Below, in pieces: positions 30,710 through 38,981 of a stretch of 64,000 bases of DNA. The first letter of the stretch is position 1. Every line of letters begins with the position of its first letter. The stretch is taken from positions 160,704 through 224,703 of the IMG/VR virus record IMGVR_UViG_3300036770_007495, one strand, 5' to 3'. The position numbers and the translations under genes were made by a program. The notes under the pieces are model-generated. The model saw only the letters and a list, made by a program, of their open reading frames with translations. It ran no database searches and was not told the origin of the DNA.

Positions 30710-31080
30710 GCTTCATAACCAACAAACCATCTTTGCCTCAATCAGTGCCTGACATTCCACCTGTTGGAGCTGAGTATTATGAAAACATCTTCAACATGTA
30801 CAAGACGCAAGATGAAGATGCATACAACTATTTCAACATCAGCAACAAGGTGCAGATTGATACCAGCAACATTGATGAAAATTATGTAGAATATTTTTAC
30901 ATTGATGCACCATTGCCTTTGACAACATTGAGTTACAGAATTTTTGGAACCCAGCATTTGTGGTGGCTCATTGTTGCAATGAACAAGCTTAACCCAATTG
31001 ATATTCCATCTGCAGGTACTGTTATTGCAGTACCCAAGCAGCAATTCATTGCAGACGTATTAAATGCTATCAGAAGATGA
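30706..31080 (+). CDS. gp53: Baseplate wedge subunit, gp53-like (LysM-like)
   Basis: LTTLSYRIFGTQHLWWLIVAMNKLNP...AGTVIAVP. Confidence 0.8.
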   Translation: MSFITNKPSLPQSVPDIPPVGAEYYENIFNMYKTQDEDAYNYFNISNKVQIDTSNIDENYVEYFYIDAPLPLTTLSYRIFGTQHLWWLIVAMNKLNPIDIPSAGTVIAVPKQQFIADVLNAIRR

Positions 31081-32513
31081 GCAACAAAAAAATCAATGTT
31101 GAATTTTTCAACAACCAAGCATACAAGTTCAATGCTGCAATTTATGATGCAGATGGCAATTACATGTCTCTCAATGCTGCAGCATTTCAAAATTTGACAA
31201 TTGAAGATAGCATTTTCATTCCATTCAACATTGGTACTGCAACCATTGTGAATGTGAACAATGTGCTGCAGTCATCATATGTACCAGATGCACCTGCATT
31301 GAATTTTGCAGGCAACAATCACGACTTGCTTGCCATTGACATCATGCCCGCAGTATCAAAACAAGGCATCAATGTTGATACACAAGATGAATTCTTGTGC
31401 AAGACATTCAATATAAATTCGTTGTTTTGCATCAATGAGCTACAAGACTCAGATGAGAAGTCAGATCGCACCAGCAACACCATGAATTTTCGTGATGCAT
31501 ATCATCAGATTATGCTTGAGAATGCTTCGCAGATTACTTCTATTGAAGCTCTTGGTAATCTTGGAAGATTGCAGGGCAATGTTGCAGATCTCAACAATTC
31601 AGAAAGAGCCATTGAAACAGGTGAATTGCTCAAGCAGTTGCTCATTAAAACATTTGGTACAGAGGATATCATTGATGCAGACAATTTTGACAGAGGATAT
31701 GGCAAAATAATGTTTGCAAGTCAAGCAAACTCTAATGCATTTCAAGACATGATGCACATCAATAGCTTGCAGCTTGGTGAGCAAAACCATGACTCATGCA
31801 TCATTCATTTTGATCGCTACACCAAGAAGTTTAGCAACATTGCTCTCAGCAGATATTTTGAATTGCAAAATACTGATGCTAAAACTTATGTGCTTGAGAC
31901 GTTTGTTGTTTCTGATGGTCAATCTGGTGATGGCTCAAAAAAATCTCCTTCAGGCCCAGGCATAGACATTGCATGCAACATCATTGAATACAAACTTTCA
32001 CCCATCAATGGCAATGAGTTTACTCGCAAGATAACCAATGCAGTTTACAATGCAACAGCTGCAGCAGACAGAAATCACTATGTGGGAATGAAAGACAACA
32101 ATCTCAAGTCTGTTTTTGAGAAGTACAAGCAGCTGTATGTTGATCCATTCAAAACTCTTGCTCCAGGTGCAACACCCAGCATTGATTTCAACAAGTTCAT
32201 TGATCAAAAAACACTGAGACCCAGAATTGTCAACACCACATTGCCTTTCAAATATGAGCAGTTGCCACGCAATTCTATGTTTGTGGATTTGATTGTTTCA
32301 GGTGGAGACAACATTGTGTTCCGCACACTTGGCTCTACTCACAGACGCAGCGGTCGATTCATTGACATCACTTCAACATCGCAAATCTCTGACAACAAAC
32401 TTGCCAACACTTTGCTGGGCAGATGGTTCATTGTCAAAGTAACGCATGTATTTTCTGGCAATAAATACTTCAACATCATTGAAGCAATCAAAACATACAA
32501 AACAACGGAATGA
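31077..32513 (+). CDS. Baseplate hub protein, gp27-like
   Basis: C-terminus GSTHRRSGRFIDI...LLGRWFIVKVTHVF typical of hub/late-control-D proteins. Confidence 0.65.
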   Translation: MSNKKINVEFFNNQAYKFNAAIYDADGNYMSLNAAAFQNLTIEDSIFIPFNIGTATIVNVNNVLQSSYVPDAPALNFAGNNHDLLAIDIMPAVSKQGINVDTQDEFLCKTFNINSLFCINELQDSDEKSDRTSNTMNFRDAYHQIMLENASQITSIEALGNLGRLQGNVADLNNSERAIETGELLKQLLIKTFGTEDIIDADNFDRGYGKIMFASQANSNAFQDMMHINSLQLGEQNHDSCIIHFDRYTKKFSNIALSRYFELQNTDAKTYVLETFVVSDGQSGDGSKKSPSGPGIDIACNIIEYKLSPINGNEFTRKITNAVYNATAAADRNHYVGMKDNNLKSVFEKYKQLYVDPFKTLAPGATPSIDFNKFIDQKTLRPRIVNTTLPFKYEQLPRNSMFVDLIVSGGDNIVFRTLGSTHRRSGRFIDITSTSQISDNKLANTLLGRWFIVKVTHVFSGNKYFNIIEAIKTYKTTE

Positions 32514-34039
32514 TTCTTGCCAAGACCAACACACCATTTTTAATTGAGGCTACTGCATTGCATAGCCTTGAGTTTGTGCGCAACAATACAAACTTGTGTA
32601 CATTTACAAATGCATTGAGTGCAGAGTATGATTTGGCATTTACATACAAAGCCATCAATGAATCACCAGACCCAGTTGATGCATTGAGAAAATACATGCA
32701 GAAGATTGTGCTCATTGGCAACCAATTGGACCCTCAAACTTTGATTCTGCAAGTGGATAATGTGCTTGCATATCCTGAGCAAATGAGAGATCCTCTCATC
32801 AGAGAAATTGATGAAGCCATTGCTGTAGCCAAGAAAAAAAGATCATCATCTGGTTTTGATTTTCCAAGTCAACTAGCAAAGATAATCAATGACTGTTCTA
32901 GTCCTTGCAATTATTTCAAACCATTGGGAGATGTCATTGGTCTTATGAGTGCATCAACACAGATGAACACCAACAATGTTACTGTGCCATGGGACAAAGA
33001 TTCCAACATTCTGCATGCACCACTCAATGTTGCAAATGCTACCTTTAGCAAAATTTCAACAGGCGCACAGCAAATTCTTGCTGGTGCTGCTTCAGCTGCA
33101 AAGAGTGTTTACAGCAATGGTTTGCAGCCATTGTTTAGCAGTGCTCGCAGAGCAGTGGAAGGCAATTTGGTCAATCAAGGCAAGAGCATGAGCTTTGTTG
33201 CTCATGGTTCATATCTTGCAACAGATCCTTTTCCTTACTTTCAAACTCAGAACAATGCAAGCAACATTCTTGCAAGATCAAAGTCTTCATTGCGTGATTG
33301 CTCACGCATCAATGAGTTTAAATACAGATACAATCCAACTGATGCGCAGATGAATCTTGCAATTTCATCACCTGCAGCAATTTCAATGAACACAGAAGGA
33401 ACAGTTGCCAAAGTAGATGCATTTGGCAAGATCATAATTCCTGACAAGAAGCCTGCAACAATGAGCATCAAAGAATCCATGGATTACAAGCAAAGCAATT
33501 ATGAAGTAGATGATGCAGAAAACTGGAACCTGTATCCTAAAACTGGCAATGCAGCAACTGAACCTAAACCAGGTGCAGGTGCTGATGGCAGTGCCCCTCC
33601 AGCAGCAAATGCAAGGGGTAGCAAGGTTACAGATTATGGACAGCCAGATGATCCATATCTTGACTCAAACACTGCACAAGGCATTGGCATTGAAGGCATT
33701 GGTGAAGGAACTGGCCCTGCAGGCTTGCAGGGTGGCAATTATTTGCTCAAAGATTACTCCATGGCTGTTTCACCTGATGTTGAAGCACAAATGAGATCCA
33801 CTGGAATCAAGCCAGGTGATTGGGTGACTGTTTCTACTACAGATGGACGCACACTGACCAAGCGTTGGGATGATCGCACAGCAAGCAACTTGAGCGGTCG
33901 TGTAGATTTCTACTCACCAGTTGGCAGATCCCCACAATTGGATGCAGGTGTAGTGAGCATTGCAAAAACTTCTGGTCCTCCTCTAGGATATGTGCAGCCG
34001 CCACGATATGTGAGCGGTCAAGCAGTGGGTATTAAGTAA
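32510..34039 (+). CDS. Baseplate-associated protein with C-terminal 3D/RlpA-like (double-psi barrel) lytic transglycosylase-like domain
   Basis: KVTDYG...DSNTAQG...MAVSPD...IKPGDWVTV...WDDRTASNLSGRVDFY resembles the 3D-domain pattern. Confidence 0.55.
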   Translation: MILAKTNTPFLIEATALHSLEFVRNNTNLCTFTNALSAEYDLAFTYKAINESPDPVDALRKYMQKIVLIGNQLDPQTLILQVDNVLAYPEQMRDPLIREIDEAIAVAKKKRSSSGFDFPSQLAKIINDCSSPCNYFKPLGDVIGLMSASTQMNTNNVTVPWDKDSNILHAPLNVANATFSKISTGAQQILAGAASAAKSVYSNGLQPLFSSARRAVEGNLVNQGKSMSFVAHGSYLATDPFPYFQTQNNASNILARSKSSLRDCSRINEFKYRYNPTDAQMNLAISSPAAISMNTEGTVAKVDAFGKIIIPDKKPATMSIKESMDYKQSNYEVDDAENWNLYPKTGNAATEPKPGAGADGSAPPAANARGSKVTDYGQPDDPYLDSNTAQGIGIEGIGEGTGPAGLQGGNYLLKDYSMAVSPDVEAQMRSTGIKPGDWVTVSTTDGRTLTKRWDDRTASNLSGRVDFYSPVGRSPQLDAGVVSIAKTSGPPLGYVQPPRYVSGQAVGIK

Positions 34040-34511
34040 CAGGAGTTGACTCTGCTTCAATGACCTTCTCTTGCTGAGTTTCTTTGGAAGCTTCTTGCAA
34101 AAGCTTCATTACTTCGCTGCGAGTCATCATGAGACGAGTTGCATTGTCACGTTCATTGATTTTGTTGCGTGACTCCACATCCATTTCTTTGATCTTGATG
34201 GATGTTTGTGCTCTCTTGTTGGAGTTGAGCACTTTGTTGAGCGTTTCAATTGCAGATGAAGCAGCATTGATCAAATTTGCCATGGCTTCAGCAGATTCTT
34301 CAGATGGTGATGCACCCAGCACAGTTTGAAACTCATCCACCATGTTCAAGCTTTTGTTGATCAAGTCGCTTGCTTTGTCAATGACAAACTTCTCCAAATT
34401 ATCTGGCGTAACAGGATCTGTGGTTGTGATTTGCGTCTCTTTCTTTGCATCAAACCCTTTGAGTTGATTCAAAATATTGTTTACTGCATCTTGTGTATCA
34501 GTGTCATCCAT
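34032..34511 (-). CDS. Terminase small subunit, T4 gp16-like
   Basis: SEESAEAMANLINAASSAIETL...NATRLMMTRSEVMKLL parallels T4 gp16 [22 protein letters not shown]...NATVFMGSPTELM. TAAATA-N6-ATG. Confidence 0.6.
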   Translation of the reverse strand: MDDTDTQDAVNNILNQLKGFDAKKETQITTTDPVTPDNLEKFVIDKASDLINKSLNMVDEFQTVLGASPSEESAEAMANLINAASSAIETLNKVLNSNKRAQTSIKIKEMDVESRNKINERDNATRLMMTRSEVMKLLQEASKETQQEKVIEAESTPVT

Positions 34512-34533
34512 TTCTTTTATTTATTTTTGTGCC

Positions 34534-34561
34534 TTGAAAACTCAAATGCATCTGTTACATT
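34534..34561 (+). promoter_or_regulatory. sigma70-type promoter (TTGAAA-N16-TACATT with extended TG)
   Basis: Seen directly. The dUTPase ATG is 6 nt after the -10. Confidence 0.5.
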
Positions 34562-34567
34562 GACTAT

Positions 34568-35062
34568 ATGACTGAAAATTCTCTTACAATGCCAACATCT
34601 GGATGCTTGAATGTGCACAGTGAATTTGATTTGTTCACCAAGCTCAAGTTTACCAAGACGCATGAAAATGCTAAACTACCACAGAAGAATCATGCATCAG
34701 ATACTGGTTATGATGTGTTCTGTGTTGAAGACAAAGTGATTCCTGCTCGTGGTTCTGCTGTTGTTGATGTGGGTCTTAAATTTGCTCACATTCCCTTTGG
34801 CACCTGGATCAAAGTGGAAGGTCGATCTGGACTTGGATTCAAGCATGGCATCATGCCACATCCTGGCATCATTGACAATGGATACAGAGGTGATGCAGGC
34901 ATCAAGCTTTACAACATGACTGATGTTGATTATCATGTCAAGGCTGGTGATCGCATTGCACAGTTTGTGATGTATCCAATGATAGCAGCTTCTAGTGTTG
35001 AATTTGGTGAAGCACAAGAATCTGATCGTGGTGAAAAAGGTTTTGGAGCATCTGGAAAATAA
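34568..35062 (+). CDS. dut: Trimeric dUTPase
   Basis: All five motifs: DTGYDV, GRSGLG, GIIDNGYRG, DRIAQ, RGEKGFGASG. Confidence 0.95.
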   Translation: MTENSLTMPTSGCLNVHSEFDLFTKLKFTKTHENAKLPQKNHASDTGYDVFCVEDKVIPARGSAVVDVGLKFAHIPFGTWIKVEGRSGLGFKHGIMPHPGIIDNGYRGDAGIKLYNMTDVDYHVKAGDRIAQFVMYPMIAASSVEFGEAQESDRGEKGFGASGK

Positions 35063-35066
35063 TCTT

Positions 35067-35159
35067 ATGGCAAAAATACAACGAGTAAAAGAAGTGGTGC
35101 GCAAGGGCGTTCGCATTCGCAAAACTGTCACAGTTACAACCAAGCGAGTCAAAAAGTAA
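35067..35159 (+). CDS. 30-aa highly basic peptide (below the ORF-track cutoff)
   Basis: MAKIQRVKEVVRKGVRIRKTVTVTTKRVKK. Fills the gap between dut and the clamp loader; TAATG overlap with the latter. Confidence 0.7.
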   Translation: MAKIQRVKEVVRKGVRIRKTVTVTTKRVKK

Positions 35160-36091
35160 TGTCTAAACTAGATGGATTGTGGGTTGAAAAATATCGACCC
35201 AAAACATTGAATGAGATGTGCTTGAATGAAGACATCAAGCAGCTCATCATCAATTACACCAACAAGCAGGAGATTCCCAACCTGTTGCTTGTTGGCAAGC
35301 CTGGCATTGGCAAAACAAGTCTTGCGCGCATCATTGTGCAAGACTTGCTTCAATGTCAGTATCTTTACATCAATGCTTCAGATGAAAATGGCATTGATAC
35401 AGTTCGTGGCAAAATCATGAACTTCGCGCAAACCAGAAGCATTGATGGCAAAATCAAAGTCATCTTGCTTGATGAGGTGGATGGTTTCTCTGAACAAGGT
35501 CAAAATGCATTGCGCAACACCATGGAAGAGTATGCCAAGTATACTCGCTTCATCTTGACTGCAAATTATTTGCATCGCATCAAGCCTGCACTGCAGAGTC
35601 GTTGTCAAAGCATCCATGTTGAATCTTCTCTTGTGGATGTTGTGAAGCGCTGTGCAAACATCTTGAAGCAAGAGAACATCAAGATTGAAAACAGTGATAC
35701 CAAAGCATTTGGCAACATCATCAAGTCTCTGTATCCTGACATTCGCAAAATCATTGGCAATTTGCAGCGCATGTGCTCTTCAGGAGTTCTTGTGGTGTCT
35801 CAAAGCAATGATGCTGATGTTGCCAAGGATGTGTTGCAGAAAATCATTGCCAAGACTGATTGTGTTGCATTGAGACAGTTCATCATCAACAATGAAGATG
35901 AATTTGCAGCAGATTACAACAATTTGCTGAAAAATATGCTCAATGCAGTGTATTCACATGAGCATTTGCTAGATGCACAAAAACAGATGCTAATTTGCAT
36001 CATTGCAGAGCACTTGTATCGCGCTGCATTTGTCATGGATCAGGAAATCAATGCATTTCATTGTTGCCTGAACATGCTCAACATCACTTGA
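35159..36091 (+). CDS. gp44: Sliding-clamp loader subunit (gp44/RFC-small-like AAA+ ATPase)
   Basis: LWVEKYRP, GKPGIGKT, YINASDENGID, ILLDEVD, ALQSRC. Confidence 0.92.
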   Translation: MSKLDGLWVEKYRPKTLNEMCLNEDIKQLIINYTNKQEIPNLLLVGKPGIGKTSLARIIVQDLLQCQYLYINASDENGIDTVRGKIMNFAQTRSIDGKIKVILLDEVDGFSEQGQNALRNTMEEYAKYTRFILTANYLHRIKPALQSRCQSIHVESSLVDVVKRCANILKQENIKIENSDTKAFGNIIKSLYPDIRKIIGNLQRMCSSGVLVVSQSNDADVAKDVLQKIIAKTDCVALRQFIINNEDEFAADYNNLLKNMLNAVYSHEHLLDAQKQMLICIIAEHLYRAAFVMDQEINAFHCCLNMLNIT

Positions 36092-36647
36092 GATACTTTA
36101 CGTACTCTTTAGCAGAAGATGCTGGGATTTTCTCGTTTTTATCAGCGAGAGAGTCATCAGCATCTTTTAGTTTGCCACCTTGATCAGTCATGCGTGTCTG
36201 CTTGTAGGTGTCTGTGTTGGCATCCATGACAACTGGCTCAGGCTTGAGAGTTACCATGTTGTCTCTCTTGAGAGCAGCAGGAAGTGGTGCATAATTGACA
36301 CCATAATCAAGACGCTGCATCAAATCACATGGAACTGTGATGGCATTGTAATAGCGACCACCACCATAATCAATGGCAATGTCAAGCACTGCTTGGCCGT
36401 TCATATTGAACTCATTGCCAGGTGCTCTGGAAGGATATTCATTCTTAACAGCAACAACACGAAGATTCATTTCTTTGCCCATGTCTGCAATGCTGTCAAC
36501 AGCCTGCTGCATAGTGGGTGTCATTTCCTTGTAGCACTTGGTAGATTTGTAGTTGTCAGCAAATTTAACATAATCACCCATCAAATAGCCTCCGATTTGA
36601 TAGCGCTTTTGTGTATTCTCCAAGAGATCTAGATATTTGCTTTTCAT
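36084..36647 (-). CDS. Hypothetical late protein
   Basis: TAAATA-N6-ATG (36647); N-terminus MKSKYLDLLE. Confidence 0.65.
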   Translation of the reverse strand: MKSKYLDLLENTQKRYQIGGYLMGDYVKFADNYKSTKCYKEMTPTMQQAVDSIADMGKEMNLRVVAVKNEYPSRAPGNEFNMNGQAVLDIAIDYGGGRYYNAITVPCDLMQRLDYGVNYAPLPAALKRDNMVTLKPEPVVMDANTDTYKQTRMTDQGGKLKDADDSLADKNEKIPASSAKEYVKYLK

Positions 36648-36653
36648 CAACAT

Positions 36654-36678
36654 TATTTATGTTATTGGCTGCTAAATA
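36654..36678. promoter_or_regulatory. Back-to-back late promoters (TAAATA - 36654-36659; + 36673-36678)
   Basis: Each lies 6 nt upstream of a divergent ATG. Confidence 0.7.
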
Positions 36679-36684
36679 ATAGCA

Positions 36685-37161
36685 ATGGCCAATGTTAATA
36701 TTGTGTTTCCCAAAGTGGAAAAAGTGAATGAAAATTTCACGTATTCTGACTTGCATCTTGATTTGCAAGTGCAGCAGCTTGTAACCAATGAATCTGCTAA
36801 ACTCATGCAACAGCAAGACGTTGTAGCAGATTATGATTTGGGAGCAATTCGCAACAGCATCATCAACATCTTTCTCACTTCACCTGGTGACAAACTGCTG
36901 AATCCAGAATTTGGCATTGATTTGAGAGATTATTTGTTTTTGGCTGTATCTGATACAGTTGCAGCCAGCATCTATGATGACATCTACAACAACATCACTC
37001 GTTTTGAGCCTCGCATTGCTCTCAACAAGCTTCAAGTGATTCCTGATTATGATAACCAGCAGTACACGATAAATATGTCTATAAGTGTTCCATTGTTGAG
37101 GGTTGATGAGTACATTCTGAACTTGTACCTCAACAGTGAAGGATACGTTGTATTTGCATAA
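36685..37161 (+). CDS. gp25: Baseplate wedge subunit, gp25-like
   Basis: YSDLHLDL...AIRNSIINIFLTSPGDKLLNPEFG...ITRFEPRI. Confidence 0.9.
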   Translation: MANVNIVFPKVEKVNENFTYSDLHLDLQVQQLVTNESAKLMQQQDVVADYDLGAIRNSIINIFLTSPGDKLLNPEFGIDLRDYLFLAVSDTVAASIYDDIYNNITRFEPRIALNKLQVIPDYDNQQYTINMSISVPLLRVDEYILNLYLNSEGYVVFA

Positions 37162-37163
37162 TT

Positions 37164-38981
37164 ATGGCTGCTCAAAACTTCACAGAATTCAATCTTCCTA
37201 AAAATGCTTATGCGGCATTTGATGCGGTGAGTCTCAAGAGCCTCATCATTGATAGGCTCAAGGCATCCAACGTATTTACTGATCAAGCATATGAAGGAAG
37301 CAATTTGTCAGCCATCATTGACATCATTGCTTATGCATATCACGTTTCATTGTTTTATCTCAACAATCAAGCATCTGAAGCATATTTCAATCAAGCATCA
37401 TTGTATGAGAACATGAACAAATTGGTTGCATTGATTGGATACAATCCAGTTGGATCTCAAACATCCATTGCACCATTTGTAGCAACAGCACAAAGTGGTC
37501 TGCCCATTGGAACATACATCATTCCAAGATACTCATTCATTGCTACCAATGGCATTTTCTTCTCTGTAACTCAAGACATTTATTTTGACAAGACCATTGA
37601 TGGTGAAGAAATCATTGCATCCATTGGAGATCAGAACTTGCTTTACCAAGGGCAAATGAGAGAATACCCTGCTCAAACAGCCATTGGAGAAGAATTTGAA
37701 ATTGTTACATTGACTGTCAACAGTCAAGTCAATACCAATGAGCCATTTGTAGACAACAACAACATTTTTGTTTACATCAAGGATGTTGATTCAGGTGCAT
37801 GGAGTGAATGGAAACCAGTTGCATCTCTTTTCACAGAATCAGCAACAAGCAAATCATTTGAAAAGCGTCTCAATGATCAAGGTCTTTTTGAGTTGAAGTT
37901 TGGTGATGGCATCACTGGCAAGAAGCTCAATGCTGGTGACACCATTGCAATCTACTACCTGCTCAGCAATGGAGCAGCAGGAGTCATCTCTGCTAGCGCA
38001 ATTGCTGACGGTACTTTTGTAAGATTTGTTACTCCGCAGTATCGCGAAATCATCAACAACATCTATGCATCAGATGATCCTGTTGCAACACAAACTCAAC
38101 TCAACAGCTTGTTCATTGAAAATACAAACAGATCAACTGACATCAAGCCTTTGGAAAATGTTGAAGACATCAGAGCAAATGCACCAAAAATGTTTGCTGC
38201 TCAAAACAGAGCAGTAACAGAATCAGATTTCAATGCATTTGTTGCTCGCAACTTCACAAGCATCATCAGAGATTCACAAACCATCAACAACACAACTTAC
38301 ATCAATGAATACATCAAGTATTTTTATGACATTGGCTTGAAGCAGCCAAATGATGACTCAAGAGTATTGCTCAATCAAGTTGCATTTGCTGATGCATGTG
38401 ACTTCAACAATGTTTACATTTTTACTGTGCCAAGAAACTTCTTGGTTGGTGAATCACAGCCACAAACTTTGCCCATTGCTCTCAAACAGCTCATGGTGAA
38501 TGAATTGCAGGCTGTAAAAATGCAAAACGTTGAAATTGTGCCAAGTGATCCAGTGTATGTTGCAGTTGATGTGGGTGTTGCTGCAATTGGTGAAATACCG
38601 ACAGAGAGCATTCGCAACAATTCATTCTTGGTCATCAAGAAGCAAGCCAATTCAAAAATCTCAAGCAATCAAATCAAAACCAGTGTATACAATGCCATCA
38701 TCAACTACTTCTCTGTTGATGCAATGAAACTTGGTCAGCAGCTCAACTTTTTTGACTTGACAAGAGACATTCTTGCCATTGCAGGAGTAGCAAGCGTCAG
38801 TACACTGCGCAATGTTGATGGAGAAGTTGCATCAATACCAGGGTTGAGCTTTGTGTTATGGAATCCTCAATATGCACAAGAGGACATCATTGTGACATCA
38901 CAAAACATCAAGTTGCCGGTGTTCAAATATCCTTTCTTGATTGATAAGACTGCATTAATCAACAAAATTTTAGTTGAATGA
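37164..38981 (+). CDS. gp6: Baseplate wedge subunit, gp6-like
   Basis: FDAVSLKSLII...FTDQAYEGSNLSAIIDIIAY...LIGYNP...LKFGDGITGKK...QNRAVTESDF. Confidence 0.9.
   Translation: MAAQNFTEFNLPKNAYAAFDAVSLKSLIIDRLKASNVFTDQAYEGSNLSAIIDIIAYAYHVSLFYLNNQASEAYFNQASLYENMNKLVALIGYNPVGSQTSIAPFVATAQSGLPIGTYIIPRYSFIATNGIFFSVTQDIYFDKTIDGEEIIASIGDQNLLYQGQMREYPAQTAIGEEFEIVTLTVNSQVNTNEPFVDNNNIFVYIKDVDSGAWSEWKPVASLFTESATSKSFEKRLNDQGLFELKFGDGITGKKLNAGDTIAIYYLLSNGAAGVISASAIADGTFVRFVTPQYREIINNIYASDDPVATQTQLNSLFIENTNRSTDIKPLENVEDIRANAPKMFAAQNRAVTESDFNAFVARNFTSIIRDSQTINNTTYINEYIKYFYDIGLKQPNDDSRVLLNQVAFADACDFNNVYIFTVPRNFLVGESQPQTLPIALKQLMVNELQAVKMQNVEIVPSDPVYVAVDVGVAAIGEIPTESIRNNSFLVIKKQANSKISSNQIKTSVYNAIINYFSVDAMKLGQQLNFFDLTRDILAIAGVASVSTLRNVDGEVASIPGLSFVLWNPQYAQEDIIVTSQNIKLPVFKYPFLIDKTALINKILVE

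Noticed and set aside
35159-36091. Archaeal/eukaryotic RFC implying a non-bacterial host or giant virus
   Set aside because: T4-like gp44 is RFC-like by descent, and the surrounding genes are myovirus tail and head genes with bacterial promoters and terminators.
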